From positions 24,042,795 through 24,106,794 of the forward strand of contig NC_092670.1 in the NCBI RefSeq assembly GCF_964355755.1: a stretch of 64,000 nt of DNA, given 5' to 3'. This document shows, one piece after another, positions 20,799 to 33,404 of the stretch. How positions within the stretch are numbered: the stretch's first letter is position 1; each line of letters starts with the position of its first letter. A program made the translations under genes and the position numbers. Origin of the DNA: Antedon mediterranea (taxonomy: Eukaryota; Animalia; Echinodermata). Under the pieces are notes generated by a model that was not told the origin of the DNA, made no database searches, and was given only the letters and a program-made list of their open reading frames with translations.

Positions 20799-23700
20799 AT
20801 GTCCGAAAGCACAAATGCCGAGAAGCGTTATTTTGCTCTGTACACGTATCATACAAATAGGTACAATTACGTTTCGTTTTAATGTTATAAAATGTATTAT
20901 TGTATGAATATAGACTTAGAGGCCTAGCTAGGCCAGAGGGGGCCTAGCTAGGTAGGCTAGATAGCTAGGCTATAGGCCTAGAGAGTATAGGCTAGGTAGG
21001 TACAGCCCCCTGCATGACTGACCCTGTCTGCGGACCTAGCCTAGACATGGGGAGGCTGATATAGGCTATCCGATCTTCCAGGCCTAGTAGTAGTTAGGGA
21101 TAGGCTTCATCATCATCATCATCATCAATAATATTCGCCCGGCGGCAGTAGGATCCAGCCAGTATAGGAGTTTATTTTTGAAATAAAAAAAAATGTTAAT
21201 ATACTGACTGATACAGTAGGCCTATGATGATATGGTTTATTCTGAAACTCAAAGACATTATTGTCGTATCCTATTCACAATTGATATGGTCAACCGGGGG
21301 TGTCCAATGCATTGAAACAAATTTGACTGTACGCCTTTTGAACTAGGCACACCGTGTCAATAAACGCTATGTTAAGATGCAATCATGTTGATGGAAAATA
21401 ATAATGATTGACCCATGCCATGGAGGTATAAAATTAGATTTTTAGAAAATTAGATACCTCCATGATTTTTATTTTTTTATTTAATCGGTATAAAAAGACT
21501 CAAAATACAACTCATAGTTGAAATGAAGAGCTTACATATGAAAATGATAATTCACATAAACAAAGTTAAACGAAGAAAAAACACATTAAAGCCTATGAAA
21601 CAGTAATAATTACTGTATAATTCGTTAAACTTAAAATTACTATAAAAAATGCACAAATTCTTAAATATTTACAATTTTAAAAAAAAGAGACTAATATTAA
21701 TAATCACATTATTTTTATACACCAATAAAATATATGTAAAATTCATTAAACTAAAAGTACAATAAAAATTGCACAAAATTCAAATTCAAAGGATGATATT
21801 AATAATTACAAATTCTTATATATTTACAAATTTAAAAAATTGAATCTTATAAATCACATTTTTATAGGCCCATAAATAGTTACAAAAAAAAATTTGACCT
21901 ATGCCATGCCTATATAGACTATATTATAGCACTATTTTTATAGCACCTAGACTATATATTTATTTTGAATAGGTCCACGGGAAATGACACTTCTTCAATC
22001 ACTGATGAACATGACAATGGGGTGTCTGAATTTTTACAAAGAGAAGCCATGTTTAACAGCGATTTCAGGTATTACATGCTTTATTCAAATTTATTCAGTA
22101 TTCTAACATATTCAGTATAAATAAAATAACATAACATACTTACTGTTGAAACTATTTTGTTACAGTCTGTCTGTTATAACTACAAACCTAGAAGCAGAAC
22201 AAGAGACAATGTTGAGAGGATTTATTGCAACAAGATTGTCCAAGGGAACAGTGTTTAGTGGAATTGGAGACGTGACAGATTTTCATCTAGAGTAAGAAAC
22301 AACATTTGAATTTTCTAGAGAATGATCAACTGTCTATAAACCTTGATCCGCATTTTTTATAATGTTTTATTTCCTGGTGTGAACCAGTGTTAAAGCACTT
22401 TGAGCTTATTTGATCTCTTTGGACAAAATGGAAAAACTATTTTTACTGTGTTATGTTTGTCATACTTACGAAAATTGCTTTGTGCGAATAACAGGAACTT
22501 GATTGATTTGACATGGAACCTATGTAAATTATGCTTTTTGTATTAGATGTTGCCCAGTTCTGTAAAATTGATTTCAATTTTTTTTCAATATGACTTTACC
22601 GCCAAAAACGGTTGAAATCTGAATGTCTGTGATAGCAGGATCCAAGGTCGTCACCTGGTCCTTGTCATCGCAAAATCAAAATTTCCTTTTCATTTTGAAT
22701 AAAAACTGATTACTTACATCAGTAACATTTTATAAATAACACCCTTTGTTGACATAAATTTATTATGATAATTGGTTATCCGCACTTGGCGGTTAACCTC
22801 TTGTTATTGTCAGGATCTTTTTTTTTTTTTTTTTTTTTTTTTTTCTATGTTATTCTTCTTTCTTTCCCAAAATTTTGTGTCACGTGTATCTCAAATTCTG
22901 ATCAACATTACATCGTATAACTTTGTCAGAAGATTTACCTCTATGTGTAGAAGTGCAGGACAGCTCGTTTTTTTACTTTAGAGTCGCGCAGCGTAAGCTA
23001 CGCGCGATTTTATGAATTTCGCGTATTTAACATAGACTAAAAAGCAAAAGTCATTTTGTAATGACACTTGGTGAACATTTAAGTCATATCAAGGGCAAAC
23101 TTTCTATGGATTAAAAATGGCATGTTTGACATAAAGTTACGCGCGCACGCGCGTTTAAAATTTCAAGTTGCGAAAAATTCATTTCTAATCAACTTTCTAC
23201 GCGTTTCAGGTCATTTTGAGCATTTCAAAAATTCCCACGCGTGCGCATATTTTTTACGCCCGCGTGCGCACGTAGCGCAAAAACATCTTTTTTTTGCTTG
23301 ATTTTTGTTTTTTCAGCCTTTTCTAGTACATTTACCAATTTTCAATCAATTTCGACTTAAAATCACGTCATACGAGCACGTAGAATTGAACCAATTTGCG
23401 CGCGTTTTTGATGAAAAAGTTAAAAAATTTGTGAAAATTATGCCTTTTTTAAAAAAGTCATAGATTCTAAACTCCGAGGTGAAAATATTTAAAATTTCAG
23501 ATTCTGGAAGTAGATGAGTTGTTTTTCTCGAATCATGCATTGATATGGCTAACCAGACATTGTGACGTCATCGTATGGCCACCCGAATATAAAATATAGG
23601 ATTTTTTTCTCTTTCGTCATAGCTCGTCAATTTAATAGAGCGCATCTCTACTTATCCTTATTCCATTTCACTCAATTTTTTTATATTGTCTAGATCAATC

Positions 23701-26700
23701 AATTACCTTTCGCATGATCCACCATTTTAAAAATTGTGATGACGTCATCATGTTCAAATGCGTCAATAACTTTGGTCACTTATTTTCACCTATTCTGCAC
23801 TGTATGTAGTACGTATACAGTATATAGTGTTATACCGTATATACTTAGACGCGACGCAACATAGAGAGCGCACTAACATTTTTCAATGCCATAATCGTTT
23901 TATTTTTTTGCGCGCACTATTCTAACGTATGACGTGCACGTGGCTTTTGCACTGCGGATAACCTAACTCGTCCGTAGTGACGAGTTCAAATCTAGTACTT
24001 GTTTGTTGCTGTAGTATAATTTATCTAATCAAATCCCATGTCTATGTCTCTTCTTTATAGTGAAGAGAAACTTCAATGTTATTATTATCATCTAAGAGAA
24101 TTAAATGATGAACATGTAGCAGACAGTGAGTCATCTATGTACCCATCTGAAGAGTATGTCGTCTGTTTCCTAGCAACAGCTGAAGATAGTTTGGATTTAT
24201 ATCCTTTATAGAACATAATATGAAAGCTATGCACACACTGAGATTGGATTTTGTTTCAGTGGCCGGATACAAATTTGTGAAATGGGTGTAGTGTTTAAGA
24301 ATAGAACCGTTGATACTAAACTGAGGACCATATGTAAAACACGTACTATATGTATACCTGATATGTTTTTATCCTGTATAAATATGTTTTAAATAAATAA
24401 ATTTCATACTCTTTACCAAAGCCAAATTGTACAATTGACCATTTTTTTAAGTTGTTATCCAAGAAACTTGTTCCACCAACAGGGATGAGAGGAGAGCCTT
24501 AAATCTTTTTTTACTATAGATTACAGTCAGTGCCCCTGCTTTAACCGCTTGGCCACTTAATTCACTGAACACCATGAAAATAGAAGTTGTTTATTCAACT
24601 AACCTGACTTACTACCTTAACAAATTTGTTCACGTTTCGTGTAGATTTGGATTCCTATAGTGAAGAACTTCTACCAATGTTAGATAGTGAGGTAAATATT
24701 GACAGTAGTATGCAATACAATCTTCTGGTTGTGCTCGCTTCTCTATGACGCCCTCTTTTAAAATACACTTTGTTTGAAAATAAAAGTCTATTTTACATCA
24801 CAGATTTTTTAAAGAGCCATAATAATTCATACCACAGTAAATATAAATATATGATATAAACATTTTATTTCCATTGGTTAGGCGTGACTTTACAAGTTGT
24901 TAATATCTGTATGTATTTTTACTTGTAGATGAAAGCGGTTGACAAGGTACAAATTTACATGTCTAAATGGTATGAACAAGCAGTGCAATATATAACCAGG
25001 TCTATCAAGAAACTAAGCAGTCAACTCTCAATACTGTTACATGAGGTGTGTTAAAATAAAAAGGGTTTATTTCAATTAATTCCTTAAGTACAATCAAATT
25101 CAATACAAGTACAATACAAGTTCATTTAAGTACAATACAAGTCCATTTCAGTTAATAAAATTATATAAGTACAATACAAGTCCATATAAGTACAATACAA
25201 GTCCATATAAGTACAATACAAGTCCATATAAGTACAATACAAGTCCATATAAGTACAATACAAGTCCATATAAGTACAATACAAGTCCATACAAGTACTA
25301 CAAGTCCATATAAGTACAATACAAGCCCATATAAGTACAATACAAGTCCATATAAGTACAATACAAGTACTACAAGTCCATATAAGTACAATACAAGTCC
25401 ATATAAGTACAATACAAGTCCATATAAGTAGGCCAACAATACAAGTTCATAGAAGTACAATAAAAGTTCATTTAAGTACAATACAAGTCCATATAAGTAC
25501 AATACAAGCCCATATACTGTAAGTACAATACAAGTCCATATAAGTACAATACAAGTCCATATAAGTACAATACAAGTTCATATAAGTACAATACAAGTCC
25601 ATGTAAGTACAATACAAGTCCATATAAGTACAATACAAGTCCATATAAGTACAATACAAGTCCATATAAGTACAATACAAGTCCATACAAGTACAATAAA
25701 AGTCCATATAAGTACAATACAAGTTCTTAACGGATGGCTTTGTACCAAAAGATTGGAAACTCGCGAATGTCACTCCTATTTTTAAGTCAGGTAATCGTAA
25801 CGATGTTAATAATTATCGACCCATATCGCTATGTTCTATTATAGGTAAGGTTTTTGAACGTATTATAGCAGATAACATTCTTTTTCATCTTCAATTTTTT
25901 GGATTTATAAGTCCCACGCAACACGGGTTTTATCCAGGTAGATCGTGTATTACACAGGCCTCAGCGTTATATCATGATTGGTCACAAGCAATGGATGTTA
26001 GACAACCTCCTGTAATTGATGCAATATTCCTTGATTGGGAGAAGGCCTTTGACCGTGTTCCCCATGATTTAGTAATCAAGAAACTGCACAACATGGGAGT
26101 ATGTGGATCTCTCCTAAAGTGTCTTCACTCCTTTCTCAGTGACAGATTCCAACGTGTTGTTCTTAATAAGGAGCATTCTGATTGGGATAGAGTGGGCTCG
26201 GGTGTTCCTCAGGGATCAGTGTTAGGCCCGCTTCTATTTAATCTCTTTGTTTATGACCTACCTCTAAATACCTCTTCTGTTATGAAGCAGTATGCAGATG
26301 ATACAGTAATTTATAAACCTGTATTCAGTCGTCATGATGCACTTACCTTACAATAGGATCTTTGTAAAATTTCCAAATGGTGTGAGGATAATAAAATGAA
26401 ATTAAATGCAAAGAAGTGTAAAGTTATGCACATAACTAGGAAACGTAATTATATCCCTCATTTTATTTATACAATCGAATCCAATCCCCTTGAAGCTGTT
26501 AATTCACATAAATATCTTGGTATTAACTTCTCACGTGATTTAACATGGTCTGCTCACGTTAATGATGTATTGATGAAATCTATGAGAATGCTTGGGTTTA
26601 TCAAACGGTTTGTAGGTTTCAATGACACCGAAATTTTACTACGACTTTTTAATGCACTATGTCGACCTGTTATTGAATATGGTGCTCCTGTGTGGGATCC

Positions 26701-29700
26701 ACATCAAAAACAACATAATATAGCTATTAACAAGTCATTAAGACGGGTTACTAAATTGTGTGTCGAAGGCGATTTCACTGACAGGCTTAAGATACTAAAT
26801 TTACCAGATATGGTTCAAAGAATGAAATTTCATAGTATAATTTTTGTAGTTAAGTGTTTGCATAATTTAATTGATTTTGATATATTTGAATACCTTACAA
26901 TTAATTCTCGGTATCTAGAGTCGCTCACCTTTAAACACATGTATGCTAGAACTAATGCATTTAAATACTCCCTGTTTGTTAATTTCCCTCGAATATGGGA
27001 ATGTATCCCGCATGAAGTTCGTAACAAAGTCCTGTTTAACTTTGGGGGGTTTAGAAGGGATTTGAAAAAATTGTATTACTGATATCGAATTCATCTAGAC
27101 TATCACTGTGTTTTTATGTCTATTGCGTTTTTCGTACTATTAGTTGGGAAAGCCACTCGACAGTGCAGTTCTTTTGAACTGATCCACTTTTGGTTACCCG
27201 CAGGTGCTGATAGTACTTTTGTTCTGTTTTGTTGAATGATGCCGTACCTTGTTTATGATTTTTGTATGTTACCTGGAAATTGAATAAAATAAAATAAAAT
27301 AAAACATATAAGTACTACAAGTCCATACAAGTACAATACAAGTCCATACAAGTACAATACAAGTCCATACAAGTACAATACAAGTCCATATAAGTACAAT
27401 ACAAGTCCATATAAGTACAATACAAGTCCATATAAGTAGGCCAACAATACAAGTTCATAGAAGTACAATACAAGTTCATAGAAGTACAATACAAGTCCAT
27501 ATAAGTACAATACAAGTCCATATAAGTACAATACAAGTCCATATAAGTACAATACAAGTCCATATAAGTACAATACTACAAGTCCATATAAGTACAATAC
27601 AAGTCCATTTAAGTACAATACAAGTCCATATAAGTAGGCCAACAATACAAGTTCATAGAAGTACAATACAAGTTCATAGAAGTACAATACAAGTCCATAT
27701 AAGTACAATACAAGTCCATATAAGTACAATACAAGTCCATATAAGTACAATACAAGTCCATATAAGTACAATACAAGTCCATATACTGTAAGTACAATAC
27801 AAGTCCAAATAAGTACAATACAAGTCCATATAAGTACAATACAAGTCCATATAAGTACAATACAAGTCCATATAAGTACAATACAAGTCCATATAAGTAC
27901 AATACAAGTCCATTTAAGTACAATAAAAGTCCATATAAGTACAATACAAGTCCATATAAGTACAATACAAGTTCATAGAAGTACAATACAAGTTCATAGA
28001 AGTACAATACAAGTCCATATAAGCACAATACAAGTGTGTCCAACATTTGTACGTCACGTTAATTCATTATGTGTATGCAAGGAAATTTAGATGTGCTTCG
28101 ACGATAAAATTTGAGTTGATTCTAGATCCGCAATATGCACCTAAAGCTTGATGTGACAAAAAAATGCCCATATATGATGTCATATCACTACCATATTTGT
28201 GCATATCACTACCATATTGGGGCACATTACACTTTTTTTTCAAACTAGTTTGATAGTGTAGATAGAGATTAAGTCATATCATGACAGAAATCTCAGCCAG
28301 TGCACTTCGGTAATTATATCCATACATATAATATTATTATTTTTTTTTTTCTCTAGACTATTTCAAATTCAAAAGTAGAAATTGAATGTGATGATAAAGT
28401 CACCGAGTTAGAAATAAAGAGGTATGTGCATATTATTTACATAAATGTTTGTTGCGTTAGGGACACTTGTATTATATGGTTTTCCCTGTAAATTACTAAC
28501 GCATATCAATTTTCTTTGCTGTATATAATTACATTATGCAAATATATGCTTTTATTTTATTTGATTACAAACTTGACAAAATATTACCATAATAATTTAA
28601 TAATGTTTGATTACCATTTAAATTACTAAAATGTAAATGAATGTCTGTCTGTCTGTAAGCAAAATGTTATTTAAAATGTGTTCTTTTTGTAAGATTCACA
28701 GCCTAAATTTTTGTTCAATAATTTAATTATATTTTTTTTTTTCAGATTTATGCATTGTTGTAGCCTTTCTGACCTTCTTCTACAAGCTAATGACCGAGGT
28801 AGCGGTCATCAGGATTCCTCATCTGAGCCTAGTCTTATTGACTTTGACGAAGCAAGTTCAAAGGTCTTTGACCTCAAAGCAGACAAAGCGGTGAAGATGT
28901 ACATTAAAGAAGATACCATTACCTTTGACAATTCAGGTATGATTAATAAGAGTGACCGGTCGTGCGGCCCATATCCATAACATCGACAATGGTTTGCAGC
29001 ACACTAGCTCCATGGTATTGGTAGTGGAACAAGGACTATAAACCATAGGTCCTGCAGTGTACAAACATTGCTCGTGTGCACTTTAAAGAACCTAGTACAT
29101 CTTTTGAGGCGAGTAGGAGGTTACTCCGGTGTACTAGTTCAGATGAGAGAGCGTCTTAAAGTGACTGCACTGACATTACATGACCCTTAGGGAGAAGCAT
29201 GTAGTTGAAAAGTGTAATCCGAGTTTACAGCGTCATGAGCAATGAACCATTTCTTGGAATTGGGCGCTACAAGAACTTGCATATTGCTTTTCTGACTGCT
29301 TGAAAGCGGATTTGTATGTATAATGCAATAGTCTCCTCAGAGCGTACATACATCTTGCATTTCAAGTCACCAAAAACACTACTTTTTATTTCACAAACAT
29401 TCTGAAATGTACTTTAGGGTCTGAGAGTAGGGCAAATATCACTTTTCAATAGTGCCCTGACAAAACTATACCAATCACTTATTATTCTTATAACAATTCT
29501 GTTCATGAATTATGTTTTAGTTGAAAATGACTTTTGTAAAGAATGGATGAATACACTACTGGATGCATGCAACAGCAACCCAGCCTACAGTCGCCAAGTG
29601 ATTGAGAGCTATAAACTTAGAGTTATTCAAGATATGAACTTATTAAAACGCCTCGTAAGGCAGGCAGAGTCGGACCATTATGCTCTCTACAGGTAAGGAT

Positions 29701-32466
29701 ATGGGTTATTTTGTGTACATTTTTCTTCTGTCATCTCAAAATTGTGTTCATATCTTAATTATTCCATTTGACAAAAATCACATTCAAGGGATATTGGACT
29801 TACAGCCTTACTTACGTACTCAAGAACTGAAAAAAGTTTGTTTGATACTTGGAAACAACTAGCAATAGTTACTACCTAAAATTCAAAGCAAGAACCAATA
29901 ACTTAGATTTAGAAGGCAGAAAGCGATTATGGTCAGATTCCTACCCAGGCCATTGTCTCATTTGTAAAAGTAATTCAATAGAAACAATTGATCATTTCTT
30001 GTTTAATTGTGTAAGTTTATCCTCCATAAGGAATACTTGTTTTAATGAATTGAAAAGTGACTTATATACAATTAATGAACATTATTGGGACATTTTTATT
30101 AATGGTTCAACAGAATTTAAGCATCACTTATTACTAGACGACATATATAACTTGTACCAAGATAAAACAATTTGCTCCATTTTTGACAATAAAAGTAAAT
30201 CATTTTTAATTAAAGCTATGTCACATAGGACTGAAATATTGAAAAACATTTCTACCCTTTATTTATGATTTTTTTGTTCTTTTCTCTTCTTTTTTTGCTG
30301 TTATTAAGTCAGTAGAATTTGTGCTGCTTGATATTATGAAATTGTGAACCATTATTAACTTTTTGTACCTGTATATCGTGAATAAAAATACTGAAAGATG
30401 AGGGCGTATCAATTTGATCTCTTTTGCGCGTGCGTACAACTGAGGACTAGTGCTGTTCCGCCGTACCACGCCAAGAATGTTAAAGAGTCGTTATCCGATC
30501 GAGTTCGAACAATACCATGAAAGCCCCAGTGGTCTAATGGTTAGGACATCTGCATATCAAGCAGGCGGTCCGAGTTCGAGTCTCGGTTGGGGCGACTTTT
30601 TCTCATTCTCACAGATTTCCTCATCTTTATCGTTTCAAATTAATTAATTAAATTTCAGTTTATCACCGGGCGGTTTAGAATTAATGTTCTTTGCCTCTTG
30701 TGTTTATATATATAAAAGTATCTCTTCGGAGATCCCGCCTCGTGAATAAAAATACTGAAAGATGAGGGCATATCAATTTGATCTCTGTTGCGCGTGCGTA
30801 CAACTGAGGACTAGTGCTGTTCCGCCGTACCACGCCGAGAATGTTAAAGAGTCGTTATCCGATCGAGTTCGAACAATACCATGAAAGCCCCAGTGGTCTA
30901 ATGGTTAGGACATCTGCATATCAAGCAGGCGGTCCGAGTTCGAGTCTCGGTGGGGGCGAATTTTTCTCATTCTCACAGATTTCCTCATCTTTATCGTTTC
31001 AAATTAATTAATTAAATTTCAGTATATCACCGGTCGGTTTAGAATTAATGTTCTTTGCCCCTTGTGTTTATATATATAAAAGTATCTCTTCGGAGATCCC
31101 GCCTCGTAAATAAAAATACTGAAAGATGAGGGCGTATCAATTTGATCTCTGTTGCGCGTGCGTACAACTGAGGACTAGTGCTGTTCCGCCGTACCACGCC
31201 GAGAATGTTAAAGAGTCGCTATCCAATCGAGTTCGAACAATACCATGAAAGCCCCAGTGGTCTAATGGTTAGAACATCTGCATATCAAGCAGGCGGTCCG
31301 AGTTCGAGTCTCGGTTGAGGCGACTTTTTCTCATTCTCACAGATTTCCTCATCTTTATCGTTTCAAATTAATTAATTAAATTTCAGTATATTACCGGGCG
31401 GTTTAGAATTAATGTTCTTTGCCTGATTTGTTTATATATATAAATTGATACGCCCTCATCTGTCAGTATTTTTATTTACGAGGCGGGATCTCCGAAGAGA
31501 TACTTTTATATATATAAACAAATCAGGCAAAGAACATTAATTCTAAACCGCCCGGTAATATACTGAAATTTAATTAATTAATTTGAAACGATATATATAT
31601 ATATATTGTAATAACTGTATGACTTTATTTTGTAAACAGTTTGTATGGGTCGAACCTCTTGTTACGAGAGTGTTCCTCCGTTTTAAAGGAGAGTAACCAA
31701 TAAATATTATTATTATTATTGCTACATGCTGAGGCTGCTAATTTACCTTACACTCTTATCTACTGTATAACAATTGTTTCCCTAACCCAAACAAATGTCC
31801 ACCTTTTGAACCAACTTCTTCTATGCCACACATCGTAAGAAAAAATCATTAATTTTCTCTGAACTCAATTTCAAGTCTTTTTCTTGTAGAATATTAGAAT
31901 TCTGGTCTGAATATTTCTTTGGTTGTTTCTATTGAACATAAATGCAGTACAGTAGTTACATTTTTTATGTCTTACAGTAAGCTCTGTCTACACTATCAAA
32001 CTATTGTGACAAAAAAAGTGTGATGTGCCCAAATATGGTAGTGATATGACAATACGTACGGGCACATCACATTTTGTTGTCACGTAAAGTTTGATAGTGT
32101 AGGCATAGATTTAGTATATACATTTTATCCATGTTTTTATATGACAGTGATCTTATGAATTTTGGCGTACTTGTGGTTCGGATCCCCAAATTGAGCCCAT
32201 TTTGCTTCCTTTTGTTCTTTTAAGGCATCTGTTCAAACTTACCCTTTCAAGTTGCTGACCTTATACATACTTGTTGTCCCGATCCCCAAATTGAGCCGCT
32301 TTTTGCTTCCTTTTGTTCTTATAGGGCATTTATTTTCTTAAAGAAATGTGGAAACTGTGCAGTTCTTTTGAAACACACCAACGTTGACTGCTCTGCAATG
32401 TCAGAGGATGCTAATCATGTGCTTAGAATCTTACAAGAGTTTGTGCTACAGGACATACCTGCTTAA
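20799..32466 (+). CDS. C17orf75: Protein Njmu-R1 (C17orf75 orthologue; subunit of the WDR11-FAM91A1 complex), 10 coding exons
   Basis: Exons 20799-20860, 21973-22068, 22166-22291, 24061-24198, 24634-24691, 24929-25045, 28357-28421, 28746-28936, 29521-29692, 32325-32466 splice in phase. Motifs RGFIATRLSKGTVFSGIGDV, EYVVCFL, NDFCKEWM and QDMNLLKRLVRQAESDHYALYRAFIFLKKCG match human Njmu-R1 as I recall it. Confidence 0.9.
22774..23996 (+). mobile_element. Non-autonomous Helentron/Helitron2-like (HINE) element in a C17orf75 intron
   Basis: Asymmetric inverted repeat GGTTATCCGCA (22774) / TGCGGATAACC (23953-23963), then hairpin AACTCGTC-cgtagt-GACGAGTT and CTAGT. An imperfect hairpin sits at the 5' end. 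Confidence 0.7.
24199..24633 (+). other. U12-type (minor spliceosome) AT-AC intron
   Basis: 5' site ATATCCTTT, branch TACCTTAAC at 24613-24621, 3' end CAC. Removal restores the reading SLDL-FRVDLD. Confidence 0.92.
25085..25725. repeat. 21-bp minisatellite (AAGTACAATACAAGTCCATAT)n, left part
   Basis: Direct tandem repeats; produce the spurious MDLYCTY/LYLYGLV ORFs. Confidence 0.95.
25726..27304 (+). mobile_element. 5'-truncated CR1/L2-group LINE (RT domain, one in-frame stop) inserted in the minisatellite
   Basis: VPKDWKLANVTPIFKSG..NYRPISL, DWEKAFDRV, GVPQGSVLGPLLF, YADD; TAG at 26354-26356; ORF ends at 27082; (AAAAT)n tail to 27304. Confidence 0.93.
27305..28033. repeat. 21-bp minisatellite, right part
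   Basis: Same unit as 25085-25725. Confidence 0.95.
28945..29282 (+). mobile_element. Degenerate SINE; related minus-strand remnant at about 10455-10560
   Basis: CTCGTGTGCACTTTAAAGAACCTAGTACATC core shared in inverted form with 10500-10531, and tail CAGCGTCATGAG..GGCGCTACAAGAAC. Confidence 0.5.
30523..30594 (+). tRNA. tRNA-like gene or pseudogene, anticodon ATC (Asp), Glu/Asp-type body; copy 1
   Basis: 72 nt: acceptor GCCCCAG/TTGGGGC, D arm GTC..GAC with A box TGGTCTAATGG, anticodon arm TCTGC-ATATCAA-GCAGG, T arm CCGAG-TTCGAGT-CTCGG, then TTTTT. Confidence 0.6.
30887..30958 (+). tRNA. tRNA-like (ATC) copy 2
   Basis: As copy 1, with one acceptor-stem mismatch. Confidence 0.5.
31251..31322 (+). 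tRNA. tRNA-like (ATC) copy 3
   Basis: As copy 1, with substitutions in the D arm and acceptor stem. Confidence 0.45.
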
Positions 32467-33404
32467 TGTATCTATTATTAAAACAATTTGTATATTATAA
32501 ATTATAGTATACAAAAACAACAAAGTATTTATTATGAAATGACTTGAGGAAGAAAGGACAATCAAGTTTTCAACGATAAAAATATATTCCCGTTCGCTGT
32601 TATAAAGTAAACTTTTATTGAATTTAGTCAGCTTCTTTCGTCAGTAACAAACGTTAGATGAGAGGCTATTGAAAAATACACCACTGCTCGATTTTGGCCA
32701 CTGAGATCAGGTTTATTCTTGAACATGTTGTGTCTGCACAAATTTCTATTTTTTTTAAACAAAAAGCTGCCATGTATTCGAAACATAAAAGAAAGATAAA
32801 ATGTCACATGATACAGAATTAACCAATCAATTGGAAGAAAACACTCAGGTTCTGTTGGTAATATTATACAAGTCAAAGTCAAACTGAAGTTATTCCTTTA
32901 TACTTACTCAGCTGTACTTAACATTTACTGTAAGAAAATGTTTGTACTTAATTCTTTCTTTTCCCTTGAGTGATTTGATAAAACAAAAACGGAAAAAAAT
33001 TACTGCTTTTTTGTGTTATTGCCTCAAAAACATTTTATTTGTTTGTAGTCAAATACATCTTTTCTTCTATAATAATGTGGGAGGGTACTGTGCTACGGTA
33101 TTCGAAATAATACATTCTAAATTTTTGATAGGGTTTTATACCAATTGACAGGACTATATATTATTTTTTATTAATTTTCACATTTCTTCCATCCTTATTG
33201 AAGACGGTACAGTAGCCCCATAAACCAGAGCCCCACTGGAACTGAGGTTCTTATTTGTGTGAAGTTTATTCATCAACAATCAGGTTATAGATATAAAATT
33301 ATTGAAGATTATATGAATATGTGTATTATATATTGACTATTTCAAAGATATAGCTAGGTTTGTATATTATAAAGTAGTCCATTTACCATGGTATCTATAG
33401 TGTG

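Larger units (their letters stand above)
30377..31592. repeat. Three near-identical 364-bp tandem units plus a roughly 150-bp inverted partial copy
   Basis: Units start at 30377, 30741 and 31105. 31445-31592 is the reverse complement of the unit-junction region. (TA)n occurs at the junctions. Confidence 0.93.
29770..31720 (+). mobile_element. 3' fragment of a non-LTR retrotransposon (C-terminal CCHC region plus 3' UTR), interrupted by the tRNA-like tandem repeat
   Basis: ORF 29849-30268 FKARTNNL..CLIC..ETIDHFLFNC. The 3' UTR appears to resume after 31605 and ends AATAAA(TAT)n at about 31720. The 5' boundary is approximate. Confidence 0.7.

Noticed and set aside
21220-21315. Possible first C17orf75 exon (..QRHYCRIL..)
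   Set aside because: No phase-2 donor; exon 20799-20860 has an ATG, a better motif match and the correct phase.
25161-28046. MDLYCTY / LYLYGLV repeat ORFs and a CRISPR-like appearance
   Set aside because: Head-to-tail 21-bp minisatellite with no unique spacers and no cas genes; eukaryotic context.
30441-30480. CTGAGGA as a hammerhead ribozyme core in the 364-bp unit
   Set aside because: No stem II followed by GAAA could be built.
30450-31011. Duplicated 65-aa ORFs
   Set aside because: Non-ATG starts, reading across the tRNA-like repeat; no domain recognised.
33180-33270. Extra cytoplasmic-tail exon for the large minus-strand gene
   Set aside because: The TM exon already has an in-frame TAA at 33405-33407 and no clear acceptor precedes this stretch; needs cDNA.
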